From Macrostomum lignano (Eukaryota), in contig NIVC01000217.1 in NCBI GenBank assembly GCA_002269645.1, forward strand, positions 434,001 through 498,000: a DNA stretch of 64,000 nucleotides, written 5' to 3'. This document shows positions 37,711 to 50,180 of this stretch, in pieces. How positions within the stretch are numbered: position 1 is the stretch's first letter; every line of letters begins with the position of its first letter. The notes under the pieces were generated by a model. The model saw nothing but the letters and a program-made list of their open reading frames with translations, did not search any database and was not told where the DNA came from. The translations under genes and the position numbers were made by a program.

Positions 37711-39033
37711 ATGTCTTCATCAACGAACAGCGTCACTCTGGTACACTCTGCTAGCCAGCTGGTCCAGGTGGTTGCCGACGGTCGAACTCGACTCCGAGGC
37801 TCGGAGATGCGCCATCCAGTGGTACATGGCGAGCCCGGAATAAATTACGCCCTAGCATTCGACATGGCCTCAGGTCGCATTGTCGACCTCGGCCCCACAG
37901 CGGCAGTTGAGAGCCGCCTACAGGCCAGCGGCTGCACCGTCCAGACCCGGGTTGACGCCACCGATTGCGTCATCATGCCGGGCTTCGTTGACGCGCACAC
38001 GCACCCGGTCTGGGCCGGCGACCGAGTGCACGAGTTCGCCATGAAACTAGCCGGCGCCACCTACATGGACATCCACGCGGCTGGCGGTGGAATCCACTTC
38101 ACGGTGCGCGAAACCGCCCGGGCCACCGATCGGGAGCTGGCTGACCTGCTGAGCAGTCGCCTGGCTTCAATGAGTCGCCATGGCACCACCCTGGCCGAAG
38201 TGAAGTCCGGCTACGGCCTCACGCTCGATGCCGAGCTGCGGCTGCTGCAGCTGCTGTGCGACGCCGCTGCAGATCCGCTCTGCCCAGTGCGGCTCTCCGT
38301 CACCTACCTGGCCGGCCACGCCGTACCACCGGGTCGCGACTCTGCTGAGTTCGCAGCCGAGGTGGCCTCGGAGCACGTGCCCCGCGTCCTGGCTGAGCGG
38401 AAGATCTCTGGCCGACTGTCCGCTGTCCGACAGATTGACGTCTTCTGCGAGCGCGGCGTGCTCAACGCAGCTGAGTCGGCTCGGATTCTAGAGGCTGCTC
38501 TGCCCGATCTGCGCGGCAACGTCCACGCGGATGAGCTCAGCGATCAGGACGGCGCGGCGATGGCTTGCCGGTCCGGCGCAGCGGCCGCCTCGCACCTGGA
38601 GTTCGTCTCTGAGTCCGGCATCTCAGCGATGGCCTCGAACGACTGCAGCCCCGTAGCGGTGCTGCTGCCGACCACGGCTCGCCTGTTGCACCTGCCGGCT
38701 CCGCCGGCTCGTCGGATGATCGACAGCGGCTGCGCTGTGGGCCTCGGCAGCGACTTCAACCCGAACGCGCACTGCCTGAGCATGCCGCTGATTGGCCACA
38801 TGGCCTGTGTGGACTTCGGCCTCAGCATGGAGGAAGCCCTGGCCGCCTGCACAATCAACGCTGCAGCGGCGCTGGGCCTGTCGGACCAGACAGGCAGCCT
38901 GGAGGTTGGCAAACTGGCCGACTTTGTCCTGCTGCGGGCGCCCCGGTGGGAGCACGCGTTCTACCAGGTGGGCGACTCTGACAGTCTGGTGAAGCTGGTG
39001 TGCTGCGGCGGACGGTTGGTGAAGAAGGGCTGA
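37711..39033 (+). CDS. AMDHD1: Imidazolonepropionase (amidohydrolase domain-containing 1, HutI), 440 aa, intronless
   Basis: Metal-binding motif PGFVDAHTHPVWAGDRVHEFAMKLAGATYMDIHAAGGGI, then GTTLAEVKSGYGL, DVFCERGV, HADEL, LGSDFNPNA and GSLEVGKLADFVL. Confidence 0.95.
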   Translation: MSSSTNSVTLVHSASQLVQVVADGRTRLRGSEMRHPVVHGEPGINYALAFDMASGRIVDLGPTAAVESRLQASGCTVQTRVDATDCVIMPGFVDAHTHPVWAGDRVHEFAMKLAGATYMDIHAAGGGIHFTVRETARATDRELADLLSSRLASMSRHGTTLAEVKSGYGLTLDAELRLLQLLCDAAADPLCPVRLSVTYLAGHAVPPGRDSAEFAAEVASEHVPRVLAERKISGRLSAVRQIDVFCERGVLNAAESARILEAALPDLRGNVHADELSDQDGAAMACRSGAAAASHLEFVSESGISAMASNDCSPVAVLLPTTARLLHLPAPPARRMIDSGCAVGLGSDFNPNAHCLSMPLIGHMACVDFGLSMEEALAACTINAAAALGLSDQTGSLEVGKLADFVLLRAPRWEHAFYQVGDSDSLVKLVCCGGRLVKKG

Positions 39034-39429
39034 GCATTGTTGGCTACCGATATGTTGTGTAAAATACATTTCGTATTTGAAACTTCAAGCCCTATCTGCA
39101 GTATGGAAATAATTATTGTTTCCTTACATTTAGTGACTACCGATATGTATTGTAGTTAATTTTAATCTCTACTCGGAATCAGGTTTTCTTTTCAGATTTT
39201 TCTCGTTTAATTTTTTAGTTTCTCAGTTGCAATATTTCGTATTATTGTTTTTCCTCAATTTTGTAGTTTTATGCAGTCTTCGCTCATTAATATTTTTTGA
39301 TCATTTTTATTTCTGAGTGACATAATGACGGACATTATTTTTTAGGATGTAAATGGTTTCCATTGGATGTTATAAGAGGCATTGAGGGATGTCAGAAGGT
39401 TTTATTTGTGTCAGTTTATAGTTGGGATG

Positions 39430-39850
39430 CCAAAAGAGGTCAAATGGCACACAGATGATGTCAAATGGCACACAGAGGAGGTCAAATGACACACAGATGA
39501 TGTCAAATGACACACAGATGATGTCAAATGGCACACAGGATGTCAAATGGCACACAGAGGATGTCAAATGGCACACAGAGGATGTCAAATGGCACACAGA
39601 GGATGTCAAATGGCACTAGAGGATTGTCAAATGGCACACAGAGGATGTAAAATGGCACACAGGATGTCAAATGGCACACAGAGGATGCCAAATGCCACTA
39701 GAGGATTGTCAAATGGCACAGAGGATGTCAAATGGCACACAGAGGATGTAAAATGGCACACAGGATGTCAAATGGCACACAGAGGATGTCAAATGGCACA
39801 CAGAGGATGTCAAATGGCACAAAGATGATGTCAAATGGCACCAAGAGGTC
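39430..39850. repeat. 21-22 bp minisatellite (gatgtcaaatggcacacagag)
   Basis: Direct reading. Confidence 0.9.
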
Positions 39851-41821
39851 AGTCATTAGGCGTCAGAGGATGCCAGGGTCACTGGCAGGTCAGCGGATGC
39901 TTAGAATTACGCCAAGGTGCTTAACTCGAACAGCCACTCAGCCTGATCCCAATAATCCCTCGCTGCATTGCACACCCAATTTCCCTCACAAAGATGCAAA
40001 AAAGCGCACCGTAATTCCACATGCTGGAACCATGGGAAGGGTCAGTGAGCGAGGGAAGGAAGAGCGGTCATCCCACACACAGAGGGAATGCAAGCCGACA
40101 AAAGGGGGTTTGCTGGTAAAGTTATTTTAACAAGCCCCGCTCCAGTAACTCTCCTGTATAGAGGCATCCGTGGCCCTTCCAATATTCGGACACACCTTAA
40201 CAACAAGTTGCCTCTTTCTGCTTAGTTTATAATGGGAAGAAACCGCGGTGTTTATCCCACAGGAAATCCATTACTTTCAGTGTCTTCCATTACGCTTCGT
40301 TTGACACGGAAAGCAAGAGGCTTGCAGTCGGTGCAGTCGCTATGTAGTGTGTGCAATCTTTTCACAATAAATCTTCCGTTAACTGGTTTTACCGACTGTA
40401 ATGCGTTCGAGTTTTGTTAATCTGTGACTTTGTAATTTTACATGCTTTTATTCTCTTTTTTCAATTGGTGCTGTTGCTTTTATGGGCAAGGTTTTCTGCT
40501 AATTTTATCGGCTAATATACTAAAATACTAAAATACAAACTGCCACACTGTAGTGTTTCTTTATTTAAATAGCGTATCTAAGAATCCGAGAATTCATTTT
40601 AAGACTGCCAATCATTTTACCAATGTGGTTACTTTCGTCTATGGCTAAAACACTGCTCATGGTCTGGGGCACAGGCACAGCCAGAGCATTGAGTTTGACA
40701 CAGAGCATTTAAAGGGCCTGTCAACTTAAGCTCATAAAGTGGAGACTGAGTAATCTAATACGTCATTCCACTCACAGTAGCAATAGGAAGCTGGATTTGG
40801 CAAAAAAGTGACCATGGACCATGAGATATAAGTGAACAAGCAAGGGAATAATTAGGGACTTCATCTTATGAGCTTACATGTAAGTTTATATAATAGTCCC
40901 TAATTATCATTTTGCTTGTTCTTTCCTATCACAGGTCCAATTTTGTCGCTTTTTGCCAAATCTAGCTTCCTGGTGTCGCTGTGAGCAGAATGACGTATTG
41001 TTTGTGTACATAGGTTACTCTGGCTCCACTTTATGAGCTTAATCGCTGTGCAAATGAAGCTGGAGACTCTACCGGACGAAATCAATCTACTTAAGGATTG
41101 GCGTTCCATGGTACTGCAGAGAATTGCGCGGAGTCGCCGGTGTGGATATCCAACCCCCGCTAGCTATGGTAGTATCTCAATGGTCTTGATGACCAAATTC
41201 TCAAGTCAGCTGCTCCGCAGACCCCCATTTTGGGCCATAGACAATGAAAAAGCAAATCTTTCATTTAGCTTGATTTCTCCCGCTAAGGACTGAATAGCGT
41301 AAGTTGGCTTGGAAATTGCAGTAATATGAAAAATCCAGGTGATGATGAGGAGACTAGAAGGCGACATGCCACACAGACAGCGGAGCCAATGACAGACTCC
41401 GTAGCCCCAAAGTCACCATAGGAATCCAGCGAATGGATCCACCAGCCAATGGTGAAGCAGTGTTCAACCAGCAGCTTCAACGCATGGCCGATTGGAAAGA
41501 CGCGCCATACTTATTATAGATAGGAACCAGAAGATTGAATGGTGGAGTCAGGACTAAACCGGTAGGCAAAGGGTACTTCAGCGTTATCGCGGCGCGTTTC
41601 TGATAACACAAGAGAGCCAAAGCAGCAGAGCGATCTGTTTAAATCCGTCTATCTGACCTGTCCGTGCTGTGTGACCCCCCAATTTTATCAGCTTGCCCCA
41701 ACAACTACTGCGGCACTTTGCTATCTGTGAGGCCGCTTCCTCTATCAATCTATAATCCATCTCTTACCCAGTCAAGCCCTCTCTCTTTTTCTCTCTCTCT
41801 TCCGGTATAATATCCGCCACA

Positions 41822-44800
41822 ATGGCATCCGCTTATTATCATCCTTGGTCAACTCGAATCGGCAGCCGCGACTATCCCCAGCAGCAGCAGCAGAGTTTTC
41901 ACCGTCCGACCGATGGCTCTGAGAGTTCCTCGGGTGCTGCAACAGTGGCAACTAACGATCCATATGCTGGTTATCGAGCTGGTGAGTTCAAAAAGAGGCC
42001 TTATAAATTTGGCCTGAACCTGAATCCTAGTTTACTGACACCTGAATCCCAATTTACTGACACCTGAATCCTTAGTTTACTGACACCTGAATCCTTAGTT
42101 TACTGACACCTGAATCCTTAGTTTACTGACACCTGAATCCTTAGTTTACTGACACCTGAATCCTTAGTTTACTGACACCTGAATCCTTAGTTTACTGACA
42201 CCTGAATCCCAATTTACTGACACCTGAATCCTTAGTTTACTGACACCTGAATCCCAGTTTACTGACACCTGAATCCCAATTTACTGACACCTGAATCCTT
42301 AGTTTACTGATACCTGGATCCCAGTTTACTGACACCTGAATCCCAGTTTACTGACACCTGAATCCTTAGTTTACTGACACCTGAATCCCAGTTTACTGAC
42401 ACCTGAATCCCAGTTTACTGACACCTGAATCCCAGTTTACTGACACCTGAATCCTTAGTTTACTGATACCTGGATCCCAGTTTACTGACACCTGAATCCC
42501 AGTTTAATGACACCTGAATCCTTAGTTTACTGACACTTGAATCCTTAGTTTACTGACACCTGAATCCTTAGTTTACTGACACCTGAATCTCAGTTTACTG
42601 ACACCTGAATCCCAGTTTACTGACACCTGAATCCTTAGTTTACTGACACCTGAATCCTTAGTTTACTGACACCTGAATCCTTAGTTTACTGACACCTGAA
42701 TCCTTAGTTTACTGACACCTGAATCCTTAGTTTACTGACACCTGAATCCTTAGTTTACTGACACCTGAATCTCAGTTTACTGACACCTGAATCCCAGTTT
42801 ACTGACACCTGAATCCTTAGTTTACTGACACCTGAATCCTTAGTTTACTGACACCTGAATCCTTAGTTTACTGACACCTGAATCCCAGTTTACTGACACC
42901 TGAATCCTTAGTTTACTGACACCTGAATCCCAGTTTACTGACACCTACCTGAATCTCAGTTTACTGACACCTACCTGAATCTCAGTTTACTGACACCTGA
43001 ATCCCAGTTTACTGACACCTGAATCCCAGTTTACTGACACCTGAATCCCAGTTTACTGACACCTGAATCCCAGTTTACTGACACCTGAATCCTTAGTTTA
43101 CTGACACCTGAATCCTTAGTTTACTGACACCTGAATCCTTAGTTTACTGACACCTGAATCCTTAGTTTACTGACACCTGAATCCTTAGTTTACTGACACC
43201 TGAATCCTTAGTTTACTGACACCTGAATCCCAGTTTACTGACACCTGAATCCTTAGTTTACTGACACATGAATCCCAGTTTACTGACACCTGAATCCTAG
43301 TTTTTTATCATTGAAACGGTCGTCCAGATCTCTGAAAAATCTCATCGAACAAAACCAGCAGGTCATCACGAGCAGCACCCAACATGGCCAAGTCATTGCG
43401 CGCTGCCCACAACTCCAGACTCAACCATCATGAACCAGCTTCATCAACAGCAACAGCCCCAGCAACAGCATCATCAGCACTACCAGCTGCACCAGACTCC
43501 AACTGCAGTTCATCCATACCAGGCATGGACTGCAGGGGCCTACCAGCAGTGCGGGTCAGCAGCCGTCTTCCCGCCCGACTGTGAGCTGCCCAGACACTCA
43601 TGTTTTGCAGTCTTTCTATCTCTCACCATTCTATCTCTCACCATTCTATCTCTCACCATTCTATCTCTCACCATTCTATCTCTCACCATTCTATCTCTCA
43701 CCATTCTATCTCTCACCATTCTATCTCTCACTATTCTATCTCTCACTATTCTATCTCTCACCATTCTATCTCTCACTATTCTATCTCTCACCATTCTATC
43801 TCTCACTATTCTATCTCTCACCATTCTATCTCTCACTATTCTATCTCTCACCATTCTATCTCTCACCATTCTATCTCTCACCATTCTTTCTCTCACTATT
43901 CTATCTCTCACCATTCTATCTCTCACTATTCTTTCTCTCACCATTCTATCTCTCACCATTCTATCTCTCACCATTCTATCTCTCACTATTCTATCTCTCA
44001 CCATTCTATCTCTCACCATTCTATCTCTCACCATTCTATCTCTCACCATTCTATCTCTCACCATTTTATCTCTCACCATTCTATCTCTCAACATTCTATC
44101 TCTCACCATTCTATCTCTCACCATTCTATCTCTCACCATTCTATCTCTCACCATTCTATCTCTCACCATTCTATCTCTCACCATTCTATCTCTCACTATT
44201 CTATCTCTCACTATTCTATCTCTCACCATTCTATCTCTCACCATTCTATCTCTCACCATTCTATCTCTCAACATTCTATCTCTCAACATTCTATCTCTCA
44301 ACATTCTATCTCTCACCATTTCAATCTCTCACCGCTTCTATCTCTCACCATTCTATCTCTCACTATTCTATCTCTCACCATTCTATCTCTCACCATTCTA
44401 TCTCTCACCATTCTATCTCTCACCATTCTATCTCTCACTATTCTATCTCTCACTATTCTATCTCTCACCATTCTATCTCTCACCATTCTATCTCTCACCA
44501 TTCTATCTCTCAACATTCTATCTCTCAACATTCTATCTCTCAACATTCTATCTCTCACCATTTCAATCTCTCACCGCTTCTATCTCTTACCATTCTATCT
44601 CTCACTATTCTATCTCTCACCATTCTATCTCTCACCATTCTATCTCTCACCATTTCTATTTTTCTCACTCTCTCCATCTCTCTCCTACTACATTTCTCTA
44701 CCTTTCTGTACTCTTCATAACCCCTTTAACATGAAAAACGTATCAAAGTTTCCACACCCTCAACACCGCAGGGTACAGCAGCATCTGCAGCCCAGCAGCA

Positions 44801-47049
44801 GGTCACCAGGTGGCTTCATCAACGAGTCACTGCTCCGCCACTGCTGCCGCTGCCGCCGTAGCGGCCGCAGCTGCTTCAACCAGACAACAACCAGAGTGCG
44901 CCTCTTGCGGCTCCCTGATCCCATTTCCCATGGCAACCGCCCAGAGACTGCGCTGTAGAGAGCAACAGCAACAGCGACTTCACCCAGACAGTCCTTCAAC
45001 CAGCTCTACTGAGCACTTCCTCTGCTCCAACTGCTCACTGTACGCTGCTGGTGGCGGCGCTTCTCAACCAATGATGCAATTTCCGCATCCTGTGCCTCAT
45101 CAGCAGCATCAGCAGCAGCTGTACCAGCAGCCTCATCATCAACCACAGCCACATCATCAGTTTCAATCCAGCCATATTCAACATTCAAAAGCGATTAAAA
45201 TGGAGGCCCGTTCGAACTCCAGCGCGACAACTGCGAATTTGCCTAGCAACCAAAATTCGAATCAGTCCACGAGGAGACACGTGAGTTGAGTTGATTTGCT
45301 GAAGAAATTCTCAGCCAAGGTGTCATCGGGGTAGTTCCATATTCATGTTAGTAGTGCTTTTCGAGCATGGACAGAAAAAAGCTGAAAATCCCCTTCTGAA
45401 AATACCCCTCTCTGAAAATACCCCTTCTAAAAATACCCCTTCTGAAAATACCCATTCTAAAAATACCCCTTTCTGAAAATACCCCTTCTGAAAATACCCC
45501 TTCTGAAAATACCTCTTCTGAAAATACCCCTTCTGAAAATACCCCTTCTGAAAATACCCCTTCTGAAAATACCTCTTCTAAAAATACCCCTTCTGAAAAT
45601 ACCCATTCTAAAAATACCCCTTCTGAAAATACCCCTTCTGAAAATACCCCTTCTGAAAATACCCCTTCTGAAAATACCCCTTCTGAAAATACCCCTTCTG
45701 AAAATACCTCTTCTGAAAATACCCCTACTGAAAACACCCCTTCTAAAAAACCCCTTCTAAAAATACCCCTTCTGAAAGTACCTCTTCAAAAAATATCCCT
45801 TCTGAAAATACCCACTTCTGAAAATACCCATTTCTCAAAATACCCTTAATGAAAATACCCCATATGAAAATACCCCATATGAAAATACCCCATATGAAAA
45901 TACCCCATATGAAAATACCCCATATGAAAATACCCCATATGAAAATACCCCATATGAAAATACTCATATCTTAAAATACCCTTAATGAAAATACCCTTCT
46001 GAAAATACCCTTCTGAAAATACCCTTAATGAAAATACCCAATTGGAAAATATCCATTTCTGAAAATACCCCATATGAAAATACTCATATCTGAAAATACC
46101 CAATCTGAAAATACCCATTTCTGAAAATACCCATTTCTGAAAATACCCTTCTGAAAATACCCATTTCTGAAAACACCTTTTTAAAAATACCCCTTCTGAA
46201 AATATCCCTTATGAAAATTCTCCAGCTATCCAGGCGGGTCGGCACCGTGTGCTCAAACTGCCAGACAGCTCAATCAACTCTCTGGCGTCGCAGCCCCCAC
46301 GGTCTCACCGTCTGCAACGCCTGCGGCCTTTACGAGAAGCTGCACGGGGTAAGCGGGCTGGGGACTCGTTGAAGGGATCGGAGAACTCTGATTTATGAGA
46401 AAATACCTCACATTCACATCAACTCACACTATCGTCTTGCTTCATACAGACTCCTCGCCCAGCATCGCTAAAGAAAGACGTCATTCAGACCAGAAAGCGA
46501 AAGTCAAAGAAGGTCAAATCGATTGCCAAAACTAACGGATTAGTGACAGGTGAGAACATTGCCATGTGATTGCTTCACTGTTCAATGGCTTCATCCCTAC
46601 CTGCTCAAACCCTTCCCTGCTCAAACCCTTCCCTGCTCAAACCCTTCCCTGCTCAAACCCTTCCCTGCTCAAACCCTTCCCTGCTCAAACCCTTCACTGC
46701 TCAAACCCTTCCTGCTCAAACCCTTCCCTGCTCAAACCCTTCCCTGCTCAAACCCTTCCCTGCTCAAACCCTTCCCTGCTCAAACCCTTCCCTGCTCAAA
46801 CCCTTCCCTGCTCAAACCCTTCCCTGCTCAAACCCTTCCCTGCTCAAACCCTTCACTGCTCAAACCCTTCAACCCCTCTCTCACTCAACCCTCCTCCACT
46901 TAAACCCTCCAAAAATCTCTCCAAAATTTGCAGAGCCAACAAAATCGTCTCCAACCCAGGCCGTTGGCTGCAGTTTTGCCCCGCCGATCCTGACGCCAAA
47001 TGGTTTCTCCCCGGACTCAAAGCTCTTTCACACTGAGAAGTTTGCCTAA
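41822..47049 (+). CDS. GATA: GATA zinc-finger transcription factor of the GATA4/5/6 class; 6 exons, about 408 aa
   Basis: Exons 41822-41981, 43362-43580, 44772-45280, 46226-46348, 46450-46549 and 46934-47049 join in frame. C-finger [40 protein letters not shown] followed by [18 protein letters not shown]; SRRVG, KLHG and TRKRK are 4/5/6-class features. The 5' exon joins are less certain than the finger exons. Confidence 0.85.
42020..43300. repeat. 22/23-bp minisatellite (actgacacctgaatcc[c/tt]agttt) filling GATA intron 1
   Basis: Direct reading. Confidence 0.95.
43612..44650. repeat. 15-bp minisatellite (ttctatctctcacca) filling GATA intron 2
   Basis: Direct reading. Confidence 0.95.
45385..46215. 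repeat. 15-16 bp minisatellite (gaaaataccccttct) filling GATA intron 3
   Basis: Direct reading. Confidence 0.92.
46600..46870. repeat. 17-bp minisatellite (cctgctcaaacccttcc) in GATA intron 5
   Basis: Direct reading. Confidence 0.92.
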
Positions 47050-47524
47050 CTGTCTCCTTAACTGCAACTTGAACATGTGTGTTCTGTAGCTATATTTTCG
47101 ATACATATCGGTGCATCACTGCTTTGTTGTCTTCTTCTACGCAACCTAATTTTACTGGCGTAAATAATTGGTCACTCATAAACCTTAACTGGGTTTTAAT
47201 CAACCGAACACGTCAGTGAATGAAATGTAACATAAATTTATTTTCCAAGTTTGTCTACTCGTGCTGATTATTGTGTCAAAGTCATTTTCTAATAGTCATA
47301 CTAGTCTTGTAAATTATTTAACTAACATTTTTCAAAGCGCATGCTTATGTATAAATATAAAAATATATGTACCTGTATTTATCGCGCAGTTACCAACATG
47401 CACCCTGCAATAAATACTACTGTTTAATTGAGTAGCTCAGTGAGAAACTTTCAAGCCATTTTGTAACAACTTTACAATCTGATTTTACGCGCCGATGACC
47501 TGCGGATCCGTGAGAATAGCGGTA

Positions 47525-47865
47525 GGCCAGCAACTGGGAGTCTGAGAGGCTGGCCCAGCAACTGAGGATCTGGGAGGCTGGCCCAGCAACTGAGGATCTG
47601 GGAGGCTGGCCCAGCAACTGAGGATCTGGGAGGCTGGCCCAGCAACTGAGGATCTGGGAGGCTGGCTCAGCAACTGAGGATCTGGGAGGCTGTGGCCCAG
47701 AGGATCTGGGAGGCTGGCCCAGCAACTGAGGATCTGGGAGGCTGTGGCCCAGCAACTGAGGATCTGGGAGGCTGGCCCAGCAACTGAGGATCTGGGAGGC
47801 TGGCCCAGCAACTGAGGATCTGGGAGGCTGGCCCAGCAACTGAGGATCTGGGAGGCTGGCCCAGC
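47525..47865. repeat. 28-bp minisatellite (ggctggcccagcaactgaggatctggga)
   Basis: Direct reading. Confidence 0.92.
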
Positions 47866-48487
47866 AATTACATGTAACTGATGCATGCGGAGGCAGCTTA
47901 TGTTCAATTTGCAATGGATAATTTTTCCCATAAATTTTTCCCAGCCTTCTGAGTGCCCGACAAGCTGTCAGACTTTTTTGCTTCACACGCTAAATTCTCA
48001 ATATGATTCCACAGCTGTGCAGAACTTTGTTTGTCGAAAGTGAAGGATTTTTATCCAGATTTGCAGCTGCTCAACTTCCCATTTCATATTGCAATTAGCT
48101 CAGAAACTGCCAGCTTTTGCTTTTTCTCGCAAACTGGGGATGCTAAAAAGCTTGATTAGCTGGTATGAGTTGCCCCTAAAGTGGATCAGGCGACAAGCAA
48201 GTGAAATTGGAACAAAACGTGAGTGAGATGAGAGTAGAATTCGGGTGAGAATGGAGTAAGACCTGCGTAAGATTGGAGTAAACATGAGTGAGATTGAAGT
48301 GAGTCCAGATCGAAGTTGGGTAGAGTTAGGTGAGATTGTGACATAAGTGAGATTAGAGTGAGACAGGAGTTAGATTGATTTTTTGGCTATTCGATCCTAT
48401 CCGCACATGCAGCTCATATTAAGATCGTAAAGATCGTACTCATGCTGAGACAAGAAATATATTTTTGTTGATTGTTACGATATTCAT

Positions 48488-48870
48488 GAGAGCTGTAGCC
48501 AAGTGGTCTACGAAGTGCGGCGCTCTGATGTGCCAGCGGCCCAGGCTCGATTCCAAGTGCAGTCACATTAATTTGGGGCTAAAGTGGAATCTCGGCTTGG
48601 CTCTGCTGGTGCAATTAACGACCTTGAGGCCCAACCCCCAAGGCACAGTGAAGTGTACATGCCTAACGATAAATAAAGTTAGGGCCGCTTTGCACTCCTG
48701 TGTGAGTGTGAGCCTGTGTGTGTGACTGCGTACGTATCCGCACGCTTGTGTGCCTGCTCAGGGGAGTCGGCGGAATGGGTAGTGTGACAATGTCGCTTAA
48801 AGTGCACCAGGGTTCGCACAGACCCCTCTGCCTCTGATAGAAAGATCTCACAAGATTCGGTGTGACCGAA
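48488..48870 (+). mobile_element. tRNA-derived SINE
   Basis: A-box-like TAGCCAAGTGG (48496) and B-box-like GGCTCGATTCC (48544); homologous copies at 24977-25120 (+) and 49440-49915 (-). Confidence 0.72.
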
Positions 48871-49439
48871 AATACACCTAAGCCCAGGCCAGTCTGCATT
48901 CCTTCCTGTGCTACCATTCGTGCCCCTAGTTAATGATGCAGTCATTTTTTGTAACTTTTAAGGAGCAGATTAAAAGTACTTTTCCGAGGTCCACATCATT
49001 TCCTCGCAGATTCCAACCGGAGTGCTTCTTACAACATTTGCAGTCAGCAACTTGAACTGGCAAACATTCAACAACCAGATGACAACAGCAAAGGGTTGCA
49101 GCTTAGAGGAAAATATGATATGGGAGCCTTCTGCAGGTGTTTCAGTATCAGTTTAGGTTTTAGCAAACATGGAGCATTCTCCCGGCTTTCACTTGGTCAA
49201 ATGTGTTTAGCTAATATTTAACGTTTTGTTGAAAAGATTTCAAGAATTTTCAGCTTTCGCTAGCAAGAATTATAACTATTTGTTGCTAATAAGGCGAATG
49301 CGACTCAGGTTGATTGCTGGATGTGTGCTTTGTAATTGTTGGCAGTACCTCACCTGGAGTGCCGAATTCCAAATGAATCGAGTATGCTAGACAGGCTAGC
49401 AGGTGTATTTTGTTAAATTGAGGTCACTTTTTATCAACA

Positions 49440-49915
49440 TCGAATTTCGTAAGATCTTTCTATCAGAGACAGGGGGTCTGTTTGAACCCTGGCGCACTTT
49501 AAGCGACATTGTCACACTACCCATTCCCAGAGTCATACGCACAGGCACACTCGCACAGGAGTGTACAGCGGCCCTAACTTTAATTTATCGTTAGGCATGT
49601 ACACTTTAAGTCCCGTGCCTTGGGGGTTGGCCCATAGCTGCTGGCGACACTGGGGGACCTCCCTGGGCGGCGCCAACCCTTCGTCCATAGCGACGCGTCG
49701 GCCGTTCAGGGATTAGCGGAATGAGCGTTCGCACCTTCCCGCTGTGTCCCCCCGGGACAGCCCTGCAGCTAAGTCAAGTAAGTCAAGGGGATTGGCCCTC
49801 AAGGGCGTTGATTGCACGAGCAGAGCCAAGCCGAGATTTTAATTTAGCACTTGGAATCGAGCCTTGGCCACTGACATATCAGAGCTACTTTGGGCTACGA
49901 CGTGCCACTAGGCTA
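49440..49915 (-). mobile_element. Inverted copy of the same SINE, interrupted by a LINE-tail-like insert of about 160 bp
   Basis: Reverse-complement homology to 48500-48860; the insert at 49634-49791 is flanked by a duplicated TTGGCCC. Confidence 0.7.
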
Positions 49916-50180
49916 CGACGCCTTCTCCTGAATAGGGTTCTGCAATAGGCAACTTCGGTGGAGAAAATCCGCACAAGGAAATAATCCACTAAAGAGACAC
50001 TAAAGAGAATTTCCTTTGAGCTTTGCTATAGCTTTTCTGTCTCTGGTAGAATATTGTGGGGTAAAATGACTTGTTTAACAATACATTTAGCAGCGAACGC
50101 CGCTCTTTAAAGCGAAATTTTATCGGCAATTGTAATTCAGTTAATTCAGCCGCAGTTGCTATGAAGTGCCTCGCGCGCGA

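Noticed and set aside
37711-39033. Horizontal transfer of an intronless HutI gene from bacteria
   Set aside because: The motifs match the animal AMDHD1 type, and other genes here (HPS4-like, ankyrin) are also intronless; a phylogeny would be needed to claim otherwise.
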